This document shows positions 14,156 through 29,847 of a stretch of 64,000 nucleotides of DNA, piece after piece. Position numbers and translations under genes: made by a program. This DNA is from Octopus vulgaris (taxonomy: Eukaryota), in the NCBI GenBank assembly GCA_951406725.2, contig OX597831.1, forward strand, positions 37,324,001 to 37,388,000. Reading direction: 5' to 3'. Each line of letters begins with the position of its first letter. The first letter of the stretch is position 1. The notes under the pieces are model-generated. The model saw nothing but the letters and a program-made list of their open reading frames with translations, had not been told where the DNA came from and searched no databases.

Positions 14156-14457
14156 TATATATATATATATATATATGTGTGAGTGTGTGTGTATACATAT
14201 ATTCAAAACTATTGAGAAGGTTGCAAGACGCAACGAAAATTTTAGAAAAAATAAAGGAGAAAATGAGTGGAAATTTTACCGATGAGTGTGTTAAATTATA
14301 AGGCACTAAAAAGAGAAAGACTCTCCCCAGACACAACAGAATATGCTTCAACACACAAACTGACATAAAGAATTTTGCAAACCAATTCCCAAAGCGAAAT
14401 ATATATTTATATGTGTGTTTGTGTGTTTCTCTGTGTGTATGTGTGTGTGTGTGTGTG

Positions 14458-14572
<115 letters not shown>

Positions 14573-14702
14573 TTGTATGAATATAAGTACCTGTGTATAT
14601 ATTTTTGCATGTGTAAATATATACATATTTGTATTATGTACGTACATGCAAACATACAGCTTTGCATACAGACACACACACACACATACACGCACACAAA
14701 CA

Positions 14703-14771
<69 letters not shown>

Positions 14772-15338
14772 GTATGCGAGTTCTTGCGTGCATGTGCACT
14801 TTGAAAAATGGTGTTAACGTGTAGCTGCGCAGCATTATTGCTCTTTAAGTATGTACGGACGTGCATTATAATCCTGCCTTTCATTCTCAGTGATGAGAAA
14901 TTGAGGTTGTGAATTATTGTAGTAGAGTAGGCAATGATCCAAATATAATGAAATCTCATTCCCTGAAATAAAGACTATGAATTTATACTAACGAGTTATC
15001 TCCTTGTTATATATCATCATCGATACGATAATCAAGATTGTCCCTATCATCATATATTTGGCTGATTATTGCATTCTATACGCCATATATAATAGAAATT
15101 TCGGTGTGCAATTTATGTTTGAAATGGCGGCGTAGTCGATGCTCGCTGTGGGGGTGGATGCAAACGATAAATGTAAAAGCAAATTTAGCAAATTTTGTGG
15201 TTGGTAATCAGTAAAGGCTGAATAAGTTTTAACGTTTGAGAGAGTTTTATTGCAGTGCTGCGTGTGTGGTATTACGGTGTGTTGTTGTTTAATTATGTAT
15301 CTACCTGTCTCTATATATACATACATACATATATATAT

Positions 15339-15398
<60 letters not shown>

Positions 15399-15461
15399 GT
15401 ATGTATATAAGTATATGCATGTATATGTATATGTGTATATATATATATACATATATAAATA

Positions 15462-15549
<88 letters not shown>

Positions 15550-16364
15550 TATCATTTTATTATTGTTACATATTTAAAAACACTCAACCATTTTCTATGA
15601 TTATTCATGACGGCTGTTACCGATATCTGTTGCAGTGAACTTTGTAGAGAATTAAAAAATTGTAAGTGTAAAACTAGGTCACATGATATTTTCGGTTGTG
15701 TGATTTATACTCATGATTATAGTATTATATTTCTAACCCTTATTAGGGTTCAGCTTTGTCGCATTTGTTCTATGCTGAACTCGTTTAGAATCCGTGTTTC
15801 ACTTCGTTTGCTTTGATGTGCACTAACTTTATACGCATTTTATATGATTCGTTCGACAAATTTTGCAGATGGAATTAGTCTTTTGTAGATGCTTGTTAGT
15901 TTCGATGCAAACCATTTCCTATTTCTCTTCTGATTTCATTAGAGACAGTATGTTTAAGGACAAATTTACCAATGATCATAACAATTAAAAAACAACGCCC
16001 TGCGTTTTTGGTTTTTAAAATTTTGCTTTCATCACACATTAATCACATAGATGTTAATTATTTCAAATTCCGTCATAGCGAAGATATATCTGAGGTGCGA
16101 CCTTCATTGGGCTGTTGTTCTACTGGCGAAGTGCGATTGATAGTTATGTCGGTCAAGTAATTAAATCAGTCAAACGGTTCAGCTGATGAAATCAAAACCA
16201 GTAATTTTTTTGACCTCACCATCTATCTGTCTATCTGCCTATCCATCTATCTATATATATCTATCTTCCTTCCTCTGTCTCACACTATATATACCTACAC
16301 ATATAAGCTATATATACATATATATATATGTATGTGTATATAAATATATATATATATATGTATT

Positions 16365-16399
<35 letters not shown>

Positions 16400-16496
16400 T
16401 GTGTATATATATATATATGTGTGTGTGTATATACACACTTATATATATATATGTATGTATATATATATGTGTATATATATATACATATACATATAC

Positions 16497-16529
<33 letters not shown>

Positions 16530-16547
16530 TATATATATGTATATATG

Positions 16548-16598
<51 letters not shown>

Positions 16599-16789
16599 GT
16601 TTGTGTGTCACATAGCTAGGTAGAAGCGATGGCCTCTTGGAACTATTCAACGAAAGCATTCGCCCTATTTTTCTGGACTGCCATGTTAGCTATGTATATA
16701 ATTGAAGAAATTGGAGTTAAGCAGAAGGAGTAATGTTGGACATTTGTTTATTATTCACTACAATTCCTTCGACGGAACGTAGTTCTCCA

Positions 16790-17365
<576 letters not shown>

Positions 17366-17562
17366 AGCTAACAACAACATTCGCCTTATCAACAAAAACA
17401 AGTTCAACTGATACTGAAGACTGACCAATAAAAAATAAACAAACCATGGCATCAGCGGTAGGAGAAAGACAACTGTTTATTTATGAAGAATTGTATCAAA
17501 CAATCTGATAATTTCAACGTGTCTACTTGATAAGGCACCGTCTGACATATGTCAATTCATAC

Positions 17563-17572
17563 AGTAGTAGTA

Positions 17573-17626
<54 letters not shown>

Positions 17627-17627
17627 A

Positions 17628-17666
<39 letters not shown>
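17563..17666. repeat. (TAG)n microsatellite
   Basis: Direct reading. Confidence 0.95.
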
Positions 17667-17814
17667 CAGAACAGCAGCAGCACTAGTAGTAGTTTTCTTA
17701 TCAATAGTATTATTACTATCAGTATTACTATTACATCATCATCATCATCGTTATCATTGTCATAGTAGCAGTAGTGGTTTTTGTTGCTGTTGTTATTCGT
17801 CTTTCTTTTATCGC

Positions 17815-18330
17815 TCGCTGCTTTCACTCATTGGACTGCAGCCATGCTGAGACACTTCATTGAAGGGGTTTAGTCGAACTAATTGACAGTATTACTTGTT
17901 TGTCTACTTTTGTTTTTTTAAAGTTTGATACTTATCCTATCGATCTCTACGCCATGTGGTCGGAAACAAACGAACAGCTGTTGGCAAGCAGTGACATGGA
18001 GGTGAACAAAACGCGTGTACAAAAACACCCACCCACAGAGGTGTCTCTCACCACATATATGTCGGTCTTCACACATACATAGACACGTCCCACACATAAG
18101 TCTGACAAGCATCCATACAGATTTCTCTTCCGAATTCACTCACAGGGCCCGTGGCTATACTATATACTATGGTATATACTATAGTATGTAGTAGAGTATG
18201 CTATATACTATAGTATAAGTCGGCCCGTTGCTATACTATAAAAGAAGACATTCGGCATAGGGCTCACACGGTGGGACTGAACTTTAAATTATGTGATTGG
18301 AAAGCGAGATTTTCAACAACACGGACACGT
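17815..18330 (-). mobile_element. Old diverged family-A-related SINE
   Basis: ttggactgcagccatgctg at one end and gtgggactgaac...atgtgattggaaagcga at the other; internal scrambled TATAC duplication at 18146-18240. Confidence 0.55.
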
Positions 18331-18558
18331 CTTCACCTTACGAAAATCGAAGGTCTGGTATAACAGATGATCAGTTGTAAAAGAAATGTCTTGCTGTCGT
18401 TCCTTAGATTCAGGTAAGCTCTGACGAAACAAACCAAATATGAATGACACTCCGTCTGTGACCATTTCATTTTCCGCTAGGTACAGGGCAACCACGATCA
18501 AATTGTCACATGATTGGGGATTTTTTGTTTTGTTTTTGGAAGCTGTTAGTGATATCAT

Positions 18559-18774
18559 TTAACCCTTTTGCACGCAGGTTATTCTATCAAACGTAATGCT
18601 TATTTATTCCCATTGTTTTGAATTACTCATGCATAATCTCATAGTTTTGAAATTTCGATAATGCGATTGTTTGTGGGGGTAGGTTGTGAGAGCCGGGATC
18701 TGATTGGTCAGCTTGAACGTAAAAGAAGATGGAATATTTTGATTGGATGTGTCCAGTTTCAATGCTACTGTTAA
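18559..18774. mobile_element. Degenerate TTAA-bounded MITE (piggyBac-like end TTAACCCT)
   Basis: Starts TTAACCCTTT; ends aatgctactgTTAA; right TIR decayed. Confidence 0.4.
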
Positions 18775-19279
18775 GGAAGATTTTGATTTCTACGTCTAGC
18801 CATCTGAAAGACGAGGTGACGATTCTTTTGTAGTTACACATGGGTAATTGTCATAGCGTATTTCTTTGTTATCGACCACCATGCTGATAAAATTATAGAG
18901 ATAATGGTAATGAAGACAGGGTGGTGGTAAACTGTTAGACATAACACTGACGTGGTAGCTCTATCGTAGAATATGTTGATTGCTTCCATGGTGATAAGAT
19001 CCAATTTGGAATCTCCCCAATGGATTGAGAATTGTTTGGTCAATCCAGGTTCTGCTTCTAAGATTTCAAGAGAAATTTGTCATTCAGGATAAATAGGTAA
19101 ATGGTAGTTAAATCAATGTAAAATGGTTTGTAGCGCTTTGTATTTCAATCCAATAATCCCTGAAGATATTAAGGTGAGGAATTAAATCCGCCGACTTATA
19201 ATCTAGAAAAATTACACTCTAGGCAATAACGAGGTTGTATCTACAGCAACTTGACATACACTCACACACATACATATAT

Positions 19280-19342
<63 letters not shown>

Positions 19343-19544
19343 TATATAAGCATAATATAAATAGCATATATATATGAATATATGCATACGTATACGTACA
19401 TACATATATACGTATGTACATATGCATATGTGGGCACAGGAGGTCACAAAATGTAAACAACAAAAAAGAACGAAGATATGGAATATGAACATTTTTGTAT
19501 TGTTTGTCTTGTTTTCCATTTGTTTCTTTCGTTAGCTATCTATC

Positions 19545-19617
<73 letters not shown>

Positions 19618-19917
19618 ATATTTATTCAAAAAATAATTGATTGCCTATTTTGAGCTTTTATTTTGATTCTTACATATACATACATATATATATATACATG
19701 TGCGTGTGTGTGATTAATATACGTATATATATATATAGACGTATATATGCAGTGTCATGTGTGTATGTGTGTACCGACTTTTCAAAAGAGAGGGAAAATC
19801 ACTTAGTAAAGGAGAAAGTTGTTATTTACTGTAGCTCGGAGAGATCTCTTTTATACGTCTCAGAGGAACAACTCAACACCTCAATGGAATATCAATACAT
19901 GTATATATATATATATA

Positions 19918-19968
<51 letters not shown>

Positions 19969-19988
19969 CTATTTCTCTATCTACTATA

Positions 19989-20040
<52 letters not shown>

Positions 20041-20900
20041 ATATCTATATGTCTGTCTGTCTATCTTCCCTCCTCTCTCTCTCTCTCTGCATATATTTCA
20101 CCTGCAACCCAGATTATGGTATAGTAGGCAGATATAAACCAGACACTCATAACGTTATGTTAGAAACTAGAAACAAATATGTCTGTTCAACCACTGAACT
20201 ATCATCTCTTCCATATTTGTACAATGTCTGTTCTACTATTATGAAAATTCACTAGACATCAAAAACAGTCTTACTTACCTTGCGGTTGGTTGCGCTAAAA
20301 GATCACAAGGCTTCGTTATCAATAAAATGAGAATACCATTTACGATGTTTGTTTTCTTCCTTTTCTTCATTCCTACTTCACTAATTCGCATAAAAACATA
20401 GAAATTTGATTTTCACCGTAAACAAGATTTATTATATTATATTTCATGTATATATATATTGCTATAGGTTTAGACTATCAAGAAATGATTCCTGTATTAT
20501 TCAATGGCATGGTGTTGTTCTGTAATTTTAAAAATCCAACTTACCTTATATTTTGACACATTTAGCGGGAAAAGTTGGCTGTTGTCCTTTGTTTTAAATG
20601 GTAGCATGGTAAGTACATGGTATGTAGATTTTCTATGAAAGACTAGAAATTTCCAGAACATTACTGTTAAATCTTACCGCCTGTGTCAGTGTTTTAATTC
20701 TTGTTGTTTATTGACCTTCTTCCTCTTATATTAGATATTAATTGAATGGAAATCTAAAGACATCCCAACCGTGATCATCCCGCCATTTTAGACATCAATG
20801 AGTACAATTTATAATGTGCTTCTCGATTATTTATGTTACAAAGTATGTGATTTAAATGCTGCTTGACAGTTATTCTATTCTCGACACTGTTATCAATACC

Positions 20901-21241
20901 AATAAGAGCACTCAGAGACCACAAACCTCTACCAAGGCAACAGCAACATCCTCGCAACGATTAGCCAGAGAGGATTTTTAAAACGAGAATATCTGAAATA
21001 AACTCGACTGCTCTCAGAAACGATAATACTAAAAATGAACCCGACCGCTCTCAAAAATTAAATAAAAACCAGGAAAATTAATTCAGATTCCTTGTCTGGT
21101 ATCGGATCGGTCCGAAAATCTAATCACGTCGTGCCAGTCACGAGGCCAGACAACCCTGAAAGTTTCATCCCAATCCATCCAGCGGTTCCTGAGATATATT
21201 GTCACGGACAAACAAACAAACAAACAAACACGACTGAAAAC
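20901..21241 (+). mobile_element. Helentron/DINE-like non-autonomous element, 3' hairpin missing
   Basis: 5' aagagcactcagaga.cacaaacctct.ccaagg; internal aagtttcatcccaatccatccagcggttcctgagat; (ACAA)n near the 3' end. This layout is typical of DINE/HINE elements (from memory). Confidence 0.55.
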
Positions 21242-21560
21242 TGTCTTTTACTGTTTTTACTCTTTTATTGTTATTACTGTTTTGTTCTTACTGTCCTGTT
21301 CTTGTTACCACTATTACCCTCCGCAAAAAATCCCAAATTTTATTTAATTTGCTCTGCGGGAAGGACTGTTTCAGTTGAGTCGCGTCTTGTCCTTACCTTC
21401 CGGACGTAGAGTAGTTGAAACAGGGACAATTAAAGAAGGGGAATATTCATTGTGTTGTATGTCTTGTACTCTGTTCTTTATGTTGTTTGAAAAAAGTTCG
21501 TTTCTATGTTTTTCTTTTCGTTTCTCATTGTGCTCAACGTTTTTTTTATTCCTGTACCCA
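21242..21560 (+). mobile_element. Interspersed repeat, homolog of 9237-9640
   Basis: ccttc-cggacgtagagtagttgaaac...aagaagggg; ends cctgtaccca before (TA)n. Confidence 0.55.
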
Positions 21561-21753
21561 TATATGCATGTATATATACATACATATGTAGGTATGTGCA
21601 TATATGTATGTATATATGCATATGTTTATATATTATTTATATTATATAATAGAGCACCACGCATCCTTTTCCAAGTATGTTTTATCCATATATATATACA
21701 CACACACACACACATATATATATATACATATACACACACACACATAGGTACAT

Positions 21754-21852
<99 letters not shown>

Positions 21853-22239
21853 CATATATATGTGTGCGTGTCTGTGTTTGTGTGCGTGTGAGTGTGTATA
21901 TATATATCATATATCTTATATCATATACGAATATTTGATAGTGATTATCTAACAAGAATTTCTCAGTATATTTCAACCAGATCCGGTGATATAATATGAG
22001 CTGTCTGCTGAAACTGGTACGGCTTCCGGAAAATGAGATATTTTATATTATCAGGGCAAAGTAATTAATGTGTCGATATCGTTTCAGTCATTTTGGAACC
22101 TGCGGCAAACTTGGTTGGAATTAGATGTAGTTGCAGCGTTTGTTCCTACTTCTTGCTGTCTTGGTTCTATAGCTCATACGGTTTCTAGGTCTGTTGATAA
22201 TTACTGTGATGATTGATGGCGGTAAACGTAGAAGATAAT

Positions 22240-22264
22240 GGCGACAATGATGAAAACGAGGATG

Positions 22265-22300
<36 letters not shown>

Positions 22301-22453
22301 GTAATGATGATGATGATGACGATGTTAATGATGATGATGATGACGATGTTAATGATGATGATGATGATGGTAATGATGATGATGATGACGATGTTAATGA
22401 TGATGATGATGACGATGTTAATGATGATGATGATGATGATAATGACGATGTTA

Positions 22454-22518
<65 letters not shown>

Positions 22519-22640
22519 GTTATTTTTGTTAGTGGTGATGATGGTGATGATAATAATTATGATGATAATAATTATGATGATGATGATGATGATGATGGTG
22601 ATGATGTTGATGGTAATGATGATGATGATGATGATGATGT

Positions 22641-22710
<70 letters not shown>

Positions 22711-23522
22711 GTGATGATGTTAATTTTGTTGGTGGTGATGATGGTGATGATAATAATTATGTATGATGATGATAATGATGATGATGGTGGTGGTCGTGGT
22801 TGTGGTAGTGGTGATGATGATGATGATGATGATGATGATGGTCGTCGTGATGACGGTGGTCACGGTGATGAAGATGACGATGATAATGATTGTGATGATG
22901 ATGATGATGAAGATGATATGGATATTGATGATGGTGGTGGTGGTGGTGGTGGTGGTAGCAGTGGCAGTTATGATGATGATGTTTGATGAAAACGACGACG
23001 ATGACGATGAATGACGATAATGTCGATGATGATAATGATGGTGATGATGATGATGATGATGATGATATTGATATTGATGATGGTTGTCGTGGTGGCGGTC
23101 GTAGTTATGATGATGATATTTATTGAACATCATCATCGTGGTTAAAATTTTTACGACATTGGTGATGAAGGTACGATTGCATTTTTATTGCTTTTGTTGA
23201 TAATTTTGACATTGCTGTTGCTGTTGTTGTTGTTGTTGTTGTTTTTGATATATAGTTGTTGTTGATATATAGTTGTTGTTGATCTATAGTTGTTGTTGAT
23301 ATATAGTTGTTGTTGATATATAGTTGTTGTTGATGGTGGTAGTGATACTTGTAGTTACGATGACAACTTGGAGACTGATGCTGAGTTTAGTGCTGTTGGT
23401 GGTGATAATGATGATGATGGAACTGTGCTGATAAAGGTATCATGGGTGCAGCTGCCGATAGTGCCAGTGACGGAGATGATGATGACGACGATAATGTCAA
23501 TGATGATGATGATGATGATGAA

Positions 23523-23573
<51 letters not shown>

Positions 23574-23650
23574 AATGACGGCTGTGTTATTGGTGAGAGT
23601 CATGAGGCTGAAGATGTTCATGTAGGCGATGGTGATGGTGATGATGCTGA
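22240..23650. repeat. Long compound (GAT)n/(GGT)n/(GTT)n tract containing a 17-bp x5 minisatellite (GATATATAGTTGTTGTT, 23247-23331)
   Basis: Direct reading. Confidence 0.9.
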
Positions 23651-23688
23651 TGCTGGTACTAACGACGAAGAGGAAAATGTCGCGAATA

Positions 23689-24080
23689 GGCGCAGGAGTG
23701 GCTGTGTGGTAAGTAGCTTGCTTACCAACCACTTGGTTCCAGGTTCAATCCCACTGCGTGGCACCTTGTAGCAGTGTTCTCAACTATAGCCTCGGGCCGA
23801 CCAAGGCCTTGTGGCTGGATTTGGTAGATGAAAACTGAAAGAAGCCCGTCGTATATATATATGTATATATGTGTGTGTGTGTTTGTGTGTCTGTGTTTAT
23901 CCCCACCATTGCTTGACAACCGATGTTGTTGTGTTCACGTTCTCGCAACATAGCGGTTCGATAGAGACCGATAGAATAAGTACTAGGCTTTCAAAGAATA
24001 AGTACAGCCGTCGATTTGCTCGACTAAAGGCGGTGCTCCAGCATGGCCGCAGTCAAATGACTGAAACAAATAAAAGAAAA
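23689..24080 (+). mobile_element. SINE family A, full length (tRNA-derived head, CORE-like segment, internal (TA)n(TG)n)
   Basis: GGCGCAGGAGTGGCTGTGTGGTAAG (A-box-like), GGTTCAATCCC (B-box-like), tail gcatggccgcagtcaaatgactgaaacaa-taaaaga. Confidence 0.9.
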
Positions 24081-24349
24081 AAATTACTGAACATTTTACT
24101 ACATACATAAGTCTCGATGCTACCACTGCTTACATCCATCTTACATTGCTAAAGAGATTATATGATATCTATATCATATCTATATAATATTTATTATGAG
24201 CACAAGAGAAAAGTCTTATTTGATATACTTAACAGCCCGATATCTCCTAACGTATCTTTAACTGAAGAAGTATAGAAATGTCTTGTATATAGATGTATCG
24301 TATGCTTGCAATAGATACAAGGACACGTTTCTTCTCTATAGTAATTTAC

Positions 24350-24738
24350 CGGTAGCTTCTCAACCATATGTTTCTCGTTTCAGTCGCATTGCGTGGCACC
24401 TAGGGTAAGTGTTTTCTACTATAGCCTCGCGCCGACCAAAGCCTTGTGAGTGGATTTGGTAGACGGAAACTGAAAGAAGCCCGTCGTATACATGTATATA
24501 AATATATATGTGTGTGTGTGTGTATGTGTTTGCGTGTCTGTGTTTGTCCCCCACCATCGCTTGACAACGGATGTTGGTGTGTTCACGTACCCGTAACTTA
24601 GCGGTTCGACAAAAGAGACCTATAGAATAAAGTACTAGTCACCCACAGAATAAGTCCTGGGGCGATTTGCTCGACTAAAGGCGGTGCTCCAGCATGGCCG
24701 CAGTCAAATGACTGAAACAAGTAAAAGAGTAAAAGAGT
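24350..24738 (+). mobile_element. SINE family A, head degraded
   Basis: Body and (GTAAAAGA)n tail match 23689 and 52910. Confidence 0.85.
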
Positions 24739-24879
24739 AGTAATATACATCTGAAGACACAAAATAGCGTTTGTTTTACGAGTTGTGTCTACAGGAGAGG
24801 GCGATGCCTTCGTAGGATCCCTTAGGCAGGTGCGACTCATGATATCAATATTCCTCCTCAAAGGGGGATAATTTAATGT

Positions 24880-25095
24880 CGGTGAGGTGGCAGAATCGTT
24901 AACATGCCGTGGAAACTGCTATGCAGCATTTTGTCAATCTCCATGATCTGAATTCAAATTCCGCTGAAGCCGACATTGCTTTCATTTTTTTCTGGGTCGA
25001 TAAGAATGAGTACCAGTAGAGCACTGGGGTCGTTTAGGTCGAATTATATCGTCCTTAAACTTGCTGGCCTTGTGCCAACATTTGAAACCGATATT
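24880..25095 (+). mobile_element. SINE family B, diverged
   Basis: ggcagaatcgtta...ttcaaattccgc..a.g.cgac.ttgc.tttcat...gggtcgataa...gtaccag...cactggggtcg. Confidence 0.75.
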
Positions 25096-25978
25096 GCTTC
25101 TTAAATATTGGAGGTAATCACCGGCAGGAAGGATAGATCAAGGGGAGCCATGATTTTGAAAAGGAAGATGAGGGGTAGTATTTAAGATGAGTTTTGGGAT
25201 GCGGGACACAATTGGATGAATGAAGATTGAAAGGCGGAAGAACCAAAAATGCTTGCGTACAGGTAGCGTAAAATCAGCAGCAGATCAGTGCTCAAGTGGT
25301 ACTTGTTTTATCGACGCCGGAGTGATAAGAGGCAATGTTGACCTCGACGGAATTTGAACTCTGGTGTGCTAACGACTCTGCCATTTGCCAGCAAGTTTAG
25401 GGACGATATAATTCGACCTAAACGAACCCAGTGCTCTACTGGAACTTATTCTTATCGACCCAGAAAAAATGAAAGCAATGTCGGCTTCAGCGGAAACCAG
25501 TAAAAGTCCTTGAAAAGGAAGAGGCTGATAATGGCTTTCATGTGGGCCACGGCCGGAGTGTAACTAGGATATACCTTAGGCCTGTCAATTAAGTACTCTA
25601 AGATTGGATGTGGTTTAAGATAGAACTGTATTAAGATATTTGTGTGAGGTACATCGCTAACGTTCTTGAATGAAGAGGAAATACTACAGTTGTGGGCTGT
25701 ACCCGAGCAAATATTTTGGGCCTCTGTAGAGAAGGATCTCTGATGCGTCACAACTATATTAATGATTGGCTTTTATTCAGCAGCAGATCAGTGCCCAAGT
25801 GGTACTTGTTTTATCGACGCCGGAGTGATAAAAGACAATGTTGACCTCGGCGGAATTTGAACTCTGGTGTGCTAACGACTCTGCCATTTACCTGGTATTG
25901 TCATACCTCATTTGAGAGGGAATATTAATAGAAATACCGAGGCAAAAATTTCAACGATTTTAAGGATATATATTTATA

Positions 25979-26012
<34 letters not shown>

Positions 26013-26331
26013 CGTGTATGTGTATGTGTGTGTATGGATATTTACACGTGTATATGTATATAATTACGTATCTATAAAGGTTTAAACAGACATTTTCTGC
26101 AATATTCTTTGATTGGGTGCCATTGTGTTTTATTTTTTGTTTTCCATATTCACTTACAAATAACTCCACGCAGATCAATATAGCATCTTATACTTCAGTC
26201 AAGTCAATCCCAGTCTTCCGTCATAGAGGTGTTGCAACAAAATAAAACGTTTTACCCGTGTCTTTCATTATTTTCGTCATGTAAAATTCAAATATAATAC
26301 ATACATACATGCATACACACACACTCACAAT

Positions 26332-26377
<46 letters not shown>

Positions 26378-26466
26378 AATATATATATATGTATATGTAT
26401 ATTAATTTATTCTATGTATATGTATATATATATATGTATATACATATGCATATATATATATATGTA

Positions 26467-26529
<63 letters not shown>

Positions 26530-26896
26530 TCATATACATATTATATATACGTGTGTGCATCAATACATATATATATATGTGTGTGTGCGTTTGTATTTAT
26601 CTGAGAGCTATCACTTTATGTGGCCTGGAAAGTATTAAGTCTAACTGTGATGGAAATACCAGACATTTCCACGATATCCTCAAGTTTTATTTCAATTGTT
26701 TCATCCGTGTTTTTTTTCTCCATCACTCGTAATGACGTATTTTGTATACATTTTCTTTTTTTAACATGTCATCTTTTGTTATTCTGACAATGATCGAGAG
26801 AAGACGAAATGGTGTTTTGATATCTGTATTGTATATGTGTAGGCGGCCGTATCGTGCGTGCGTGCATGTATATATGTATATATGTGTGTGTGTGTG

Positions 26897-26956
<60 letters not shown>

Positions 26957-26968
26957 TATATATGAATA

Positions 26969-27010
<42 letters not shown>

Positions 27011-27509
27011 GATATATATGAATATATATGTATATATATATATATACACATACATATATATATGTATGCAAGTATGTATATATGTATATATATATATATG
27101 TATTTATATATATACATATTTAAACACATATATAAATATATCTAACATAAATGTATATGTGTGTATTTGTGTTCCCGAGCGCTTGTGTATGTGTGCCTGG
27201 ACATGTATATCTGCTCAAATATGCATGACTGTATATATATAAATATATATATATATGTGTGTGTGTGCATATCTATATATATCTATGTATCTATCTATCT
27301 ATCTATCTGTATATTGTATATTATATATATATATAAAGAGAGAGAGAGAGAGAGATATACACACATATTGAAAATTATACTCATATGTGTATATATCTAT
27401 ATACATATAGAGATACATGTGCATACATATATATATGTAGGTGTATATATATATATATGTGTGTATATGTATATATGTACATATATATATGAGTGTGTAT
27501 ATATATGTG

Positions 27510-27540
<31 letters not shown>

Positions 27541-28110
27541 GTGTGTACATAAATATGCATACATATAAATGTGCATATATATATATATACGTACATATAT
27601 ATATATATATATTCGTACGTGCATGTATGTTTATGAACGTGTGTATTGGTGTGTATGCATAAATATATCTGTAGACGTAAAAAAAATTAGGAAAGATAAA
27701 TTAAAAAATAGATGTCAATCTTGTAGACGGTTATTTTTTTTCACCATCATAGAAATACGTAAAGATATAAAAAGATGAATACAATTGAATAAAAAAGCAA
27801 TAAATATTAAGACGTAGCAGAAACCATTTTGTAAGTCACACAATAGTGAAAGACTATATATAGAGAAATAAAAATTGTAGCAATTGTGAACTAAAATATT
27901 TTGCGTGTTTTCCATCGCTTCCGATGTTTTTGTCTCTTTGAATTGTCTGATCTCTGTGTTATGACTCTGTATATATTCGTATATAATCTAAAATATAAAC
28001 ATAAACATAAAGCTTATAATGAAACCGGCTTAGATTTCCCTCCTGGTCTGTAGTGTAGTTATTAGTATATTTTGGTTATATGGTTAGACGCACATTGACG
28101 GATGCAGACA

Positions 28111-28172
<62 letters not shown>

Positions 28173-28287
28173 TACACACACATACACACACACACAGAGG
28201 TTTTGCTAATCAAACTTAAATGCTGTGCGTTCTACTCGGCTTTCTATCACTTCCATACTCTTATGACTGCAGCCGGTTTAACACAGA

Positions 28288-28391
<104 letters not shown>

Positions 28392-28429
28392 TATATATAT
28401 ATATAGACGGAATTTGAAAGTAGCCCTTC

Positions 28430-28474
<45 letters not shown>

Positions 28475-28659
28475 AGGAATAATATTGAACTCTAAAAGCA
28501 TAAGACACTACAATGTATTGATATACTTATTTATTAATTTTTGTATATATGTATTATTATTTTTTTGAAAAAAACATTGTAAATTTCTTTTTTCCCCTTC
28601 CTCAATTTAAGAAAAAAATTTTCCCTTCCAAATCTTGAAAATGTGCCTTGCAAATTCAT

Positions 28660-29470
28660 CGAGATGGAAGAATCGTTACCACGTTACCGCGTTGGACAAA
28701 TTGCTTTGCGACACGTAATCGTCTTAACTCGCCACCGAAATTGCAGGCCTTGTAGCATGATTTTGTCTTTCATCGTTTCGGGGTCTATAAATTAAGTACT
28801 ACTGGCATAATGGGGTCGATCTAATCGACTGGCCCCCTCACCAAAAATTTCGAGTCTTGTGCCTAGAGTAGAAAAGAATATATTCGATACAGAACTGACA
28901 GAATCGTTAGCACGCTGGGTGAAATGCTTTGCGGTATTTCGTCCGCCGCTGCGTTCTGAGTTCAAATTCCGCCGAGGTCGACTTTGCCTTTCATCCTTAC
29001 GGGGTCGATAAATTAAGTACCAGTTATGCACTGGGGTCGATGCAATCGACATAATCCGTTTGTCTACCCTTGTTTGTCCCCTCTGTGTATAGCCCCTTGT
29101 GGGTAATAATGAAATAGGTATTTCGTCTGCCGCTACGTTCTGAGTTCAAATTTCGCCGAGGTCAACTTTGTCTTTCATCCTTTCAGGTTCGATTAAATAA
29201 GTACCAGTTACGCACTGGGGTCTATATAATCGACTTAATCCGTTTGTCTATCTTTGTTTGTCCTCTCTGTATGTAGCTTCTTGTGGGTAGTAAAGAAATA
29301 GGCATTTTGTCTGTCATTACGTTGTGAGTTCAAATTCCTCCGAGGTCGATCTTGGCTTTCATCTTTCCGGGGTCGATAAATTAATTACCAGTTGCGTACT
29401 GGGGGCAATATAATCGACTGGCCCCCTCCCCCAAAATTTCGGTCCTTGTGCCTAGGGTTGAAACGAATAT
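28660..29470 (+). mobile_element. SINE family B cluster including a head-to-tail trimer (~185-bp period)
   Basis: Repeated core gttctgagttcaaattccgccgaggtcgactttgcctttcatcctttcggggtcgataaattaagtaccag, which resembles the Meta-type SINE domain (from memory). Confidence 0.85.
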
Positions 29471-29611
29471 AGTTTATACAACATGTAAAGCGCAATGTAT
29501 AAAATAATTCAAAATATATAATAAAATTTAATCACTTTTAAAGAGAATGAATACTAAAAAAATCACTTGAGAAAGAAATGGTAGCAAAGCGATGTCATCG
29601 TTGCAGGTGCT

Positions 29612-29643
<32 letters not shown>

Positions 29644-29804
29644 CATTACTATCAACAATGAACAATTAATAGCTGTCACCCACCATCAATAACCAACACT
29701 TACCGTACACTATGAAATAAACAAACATCGCCACCGCTATTATAGTATTACCATGACTCCAAATAATCACCATCAACATCACCACCACCGCCACCACCAC
29801 CACG

Positions 29805-29847
<43 letters not shown>

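Noticed and set aside
16605-16690. ~80-bp similarity to 60925-61010
   Set aside because: A real but diverged interspersed repeat fragment; no ends, ORF or structure allowed classification
22213-22986. 257-aa poly-Asp ORF resembling an acidic biomineralisation protein
   Set aside because: It is a (GAT)n compound microsatellite: non-ATG start, slips between D and M frames, and no signal peptide or splice context
23247-23331. Regularly spaced repeats as a CRISPR-like array
   Set aside because: 17-bp units are contiguous with no unique spacers; a simple minisatellite in eukaryotic DNA
25100-25770. Possible very old LINE remnant on the minus strand (PILEY, SLFLF-like words)
   Set aside because: Similarity too weak to support without a profile search
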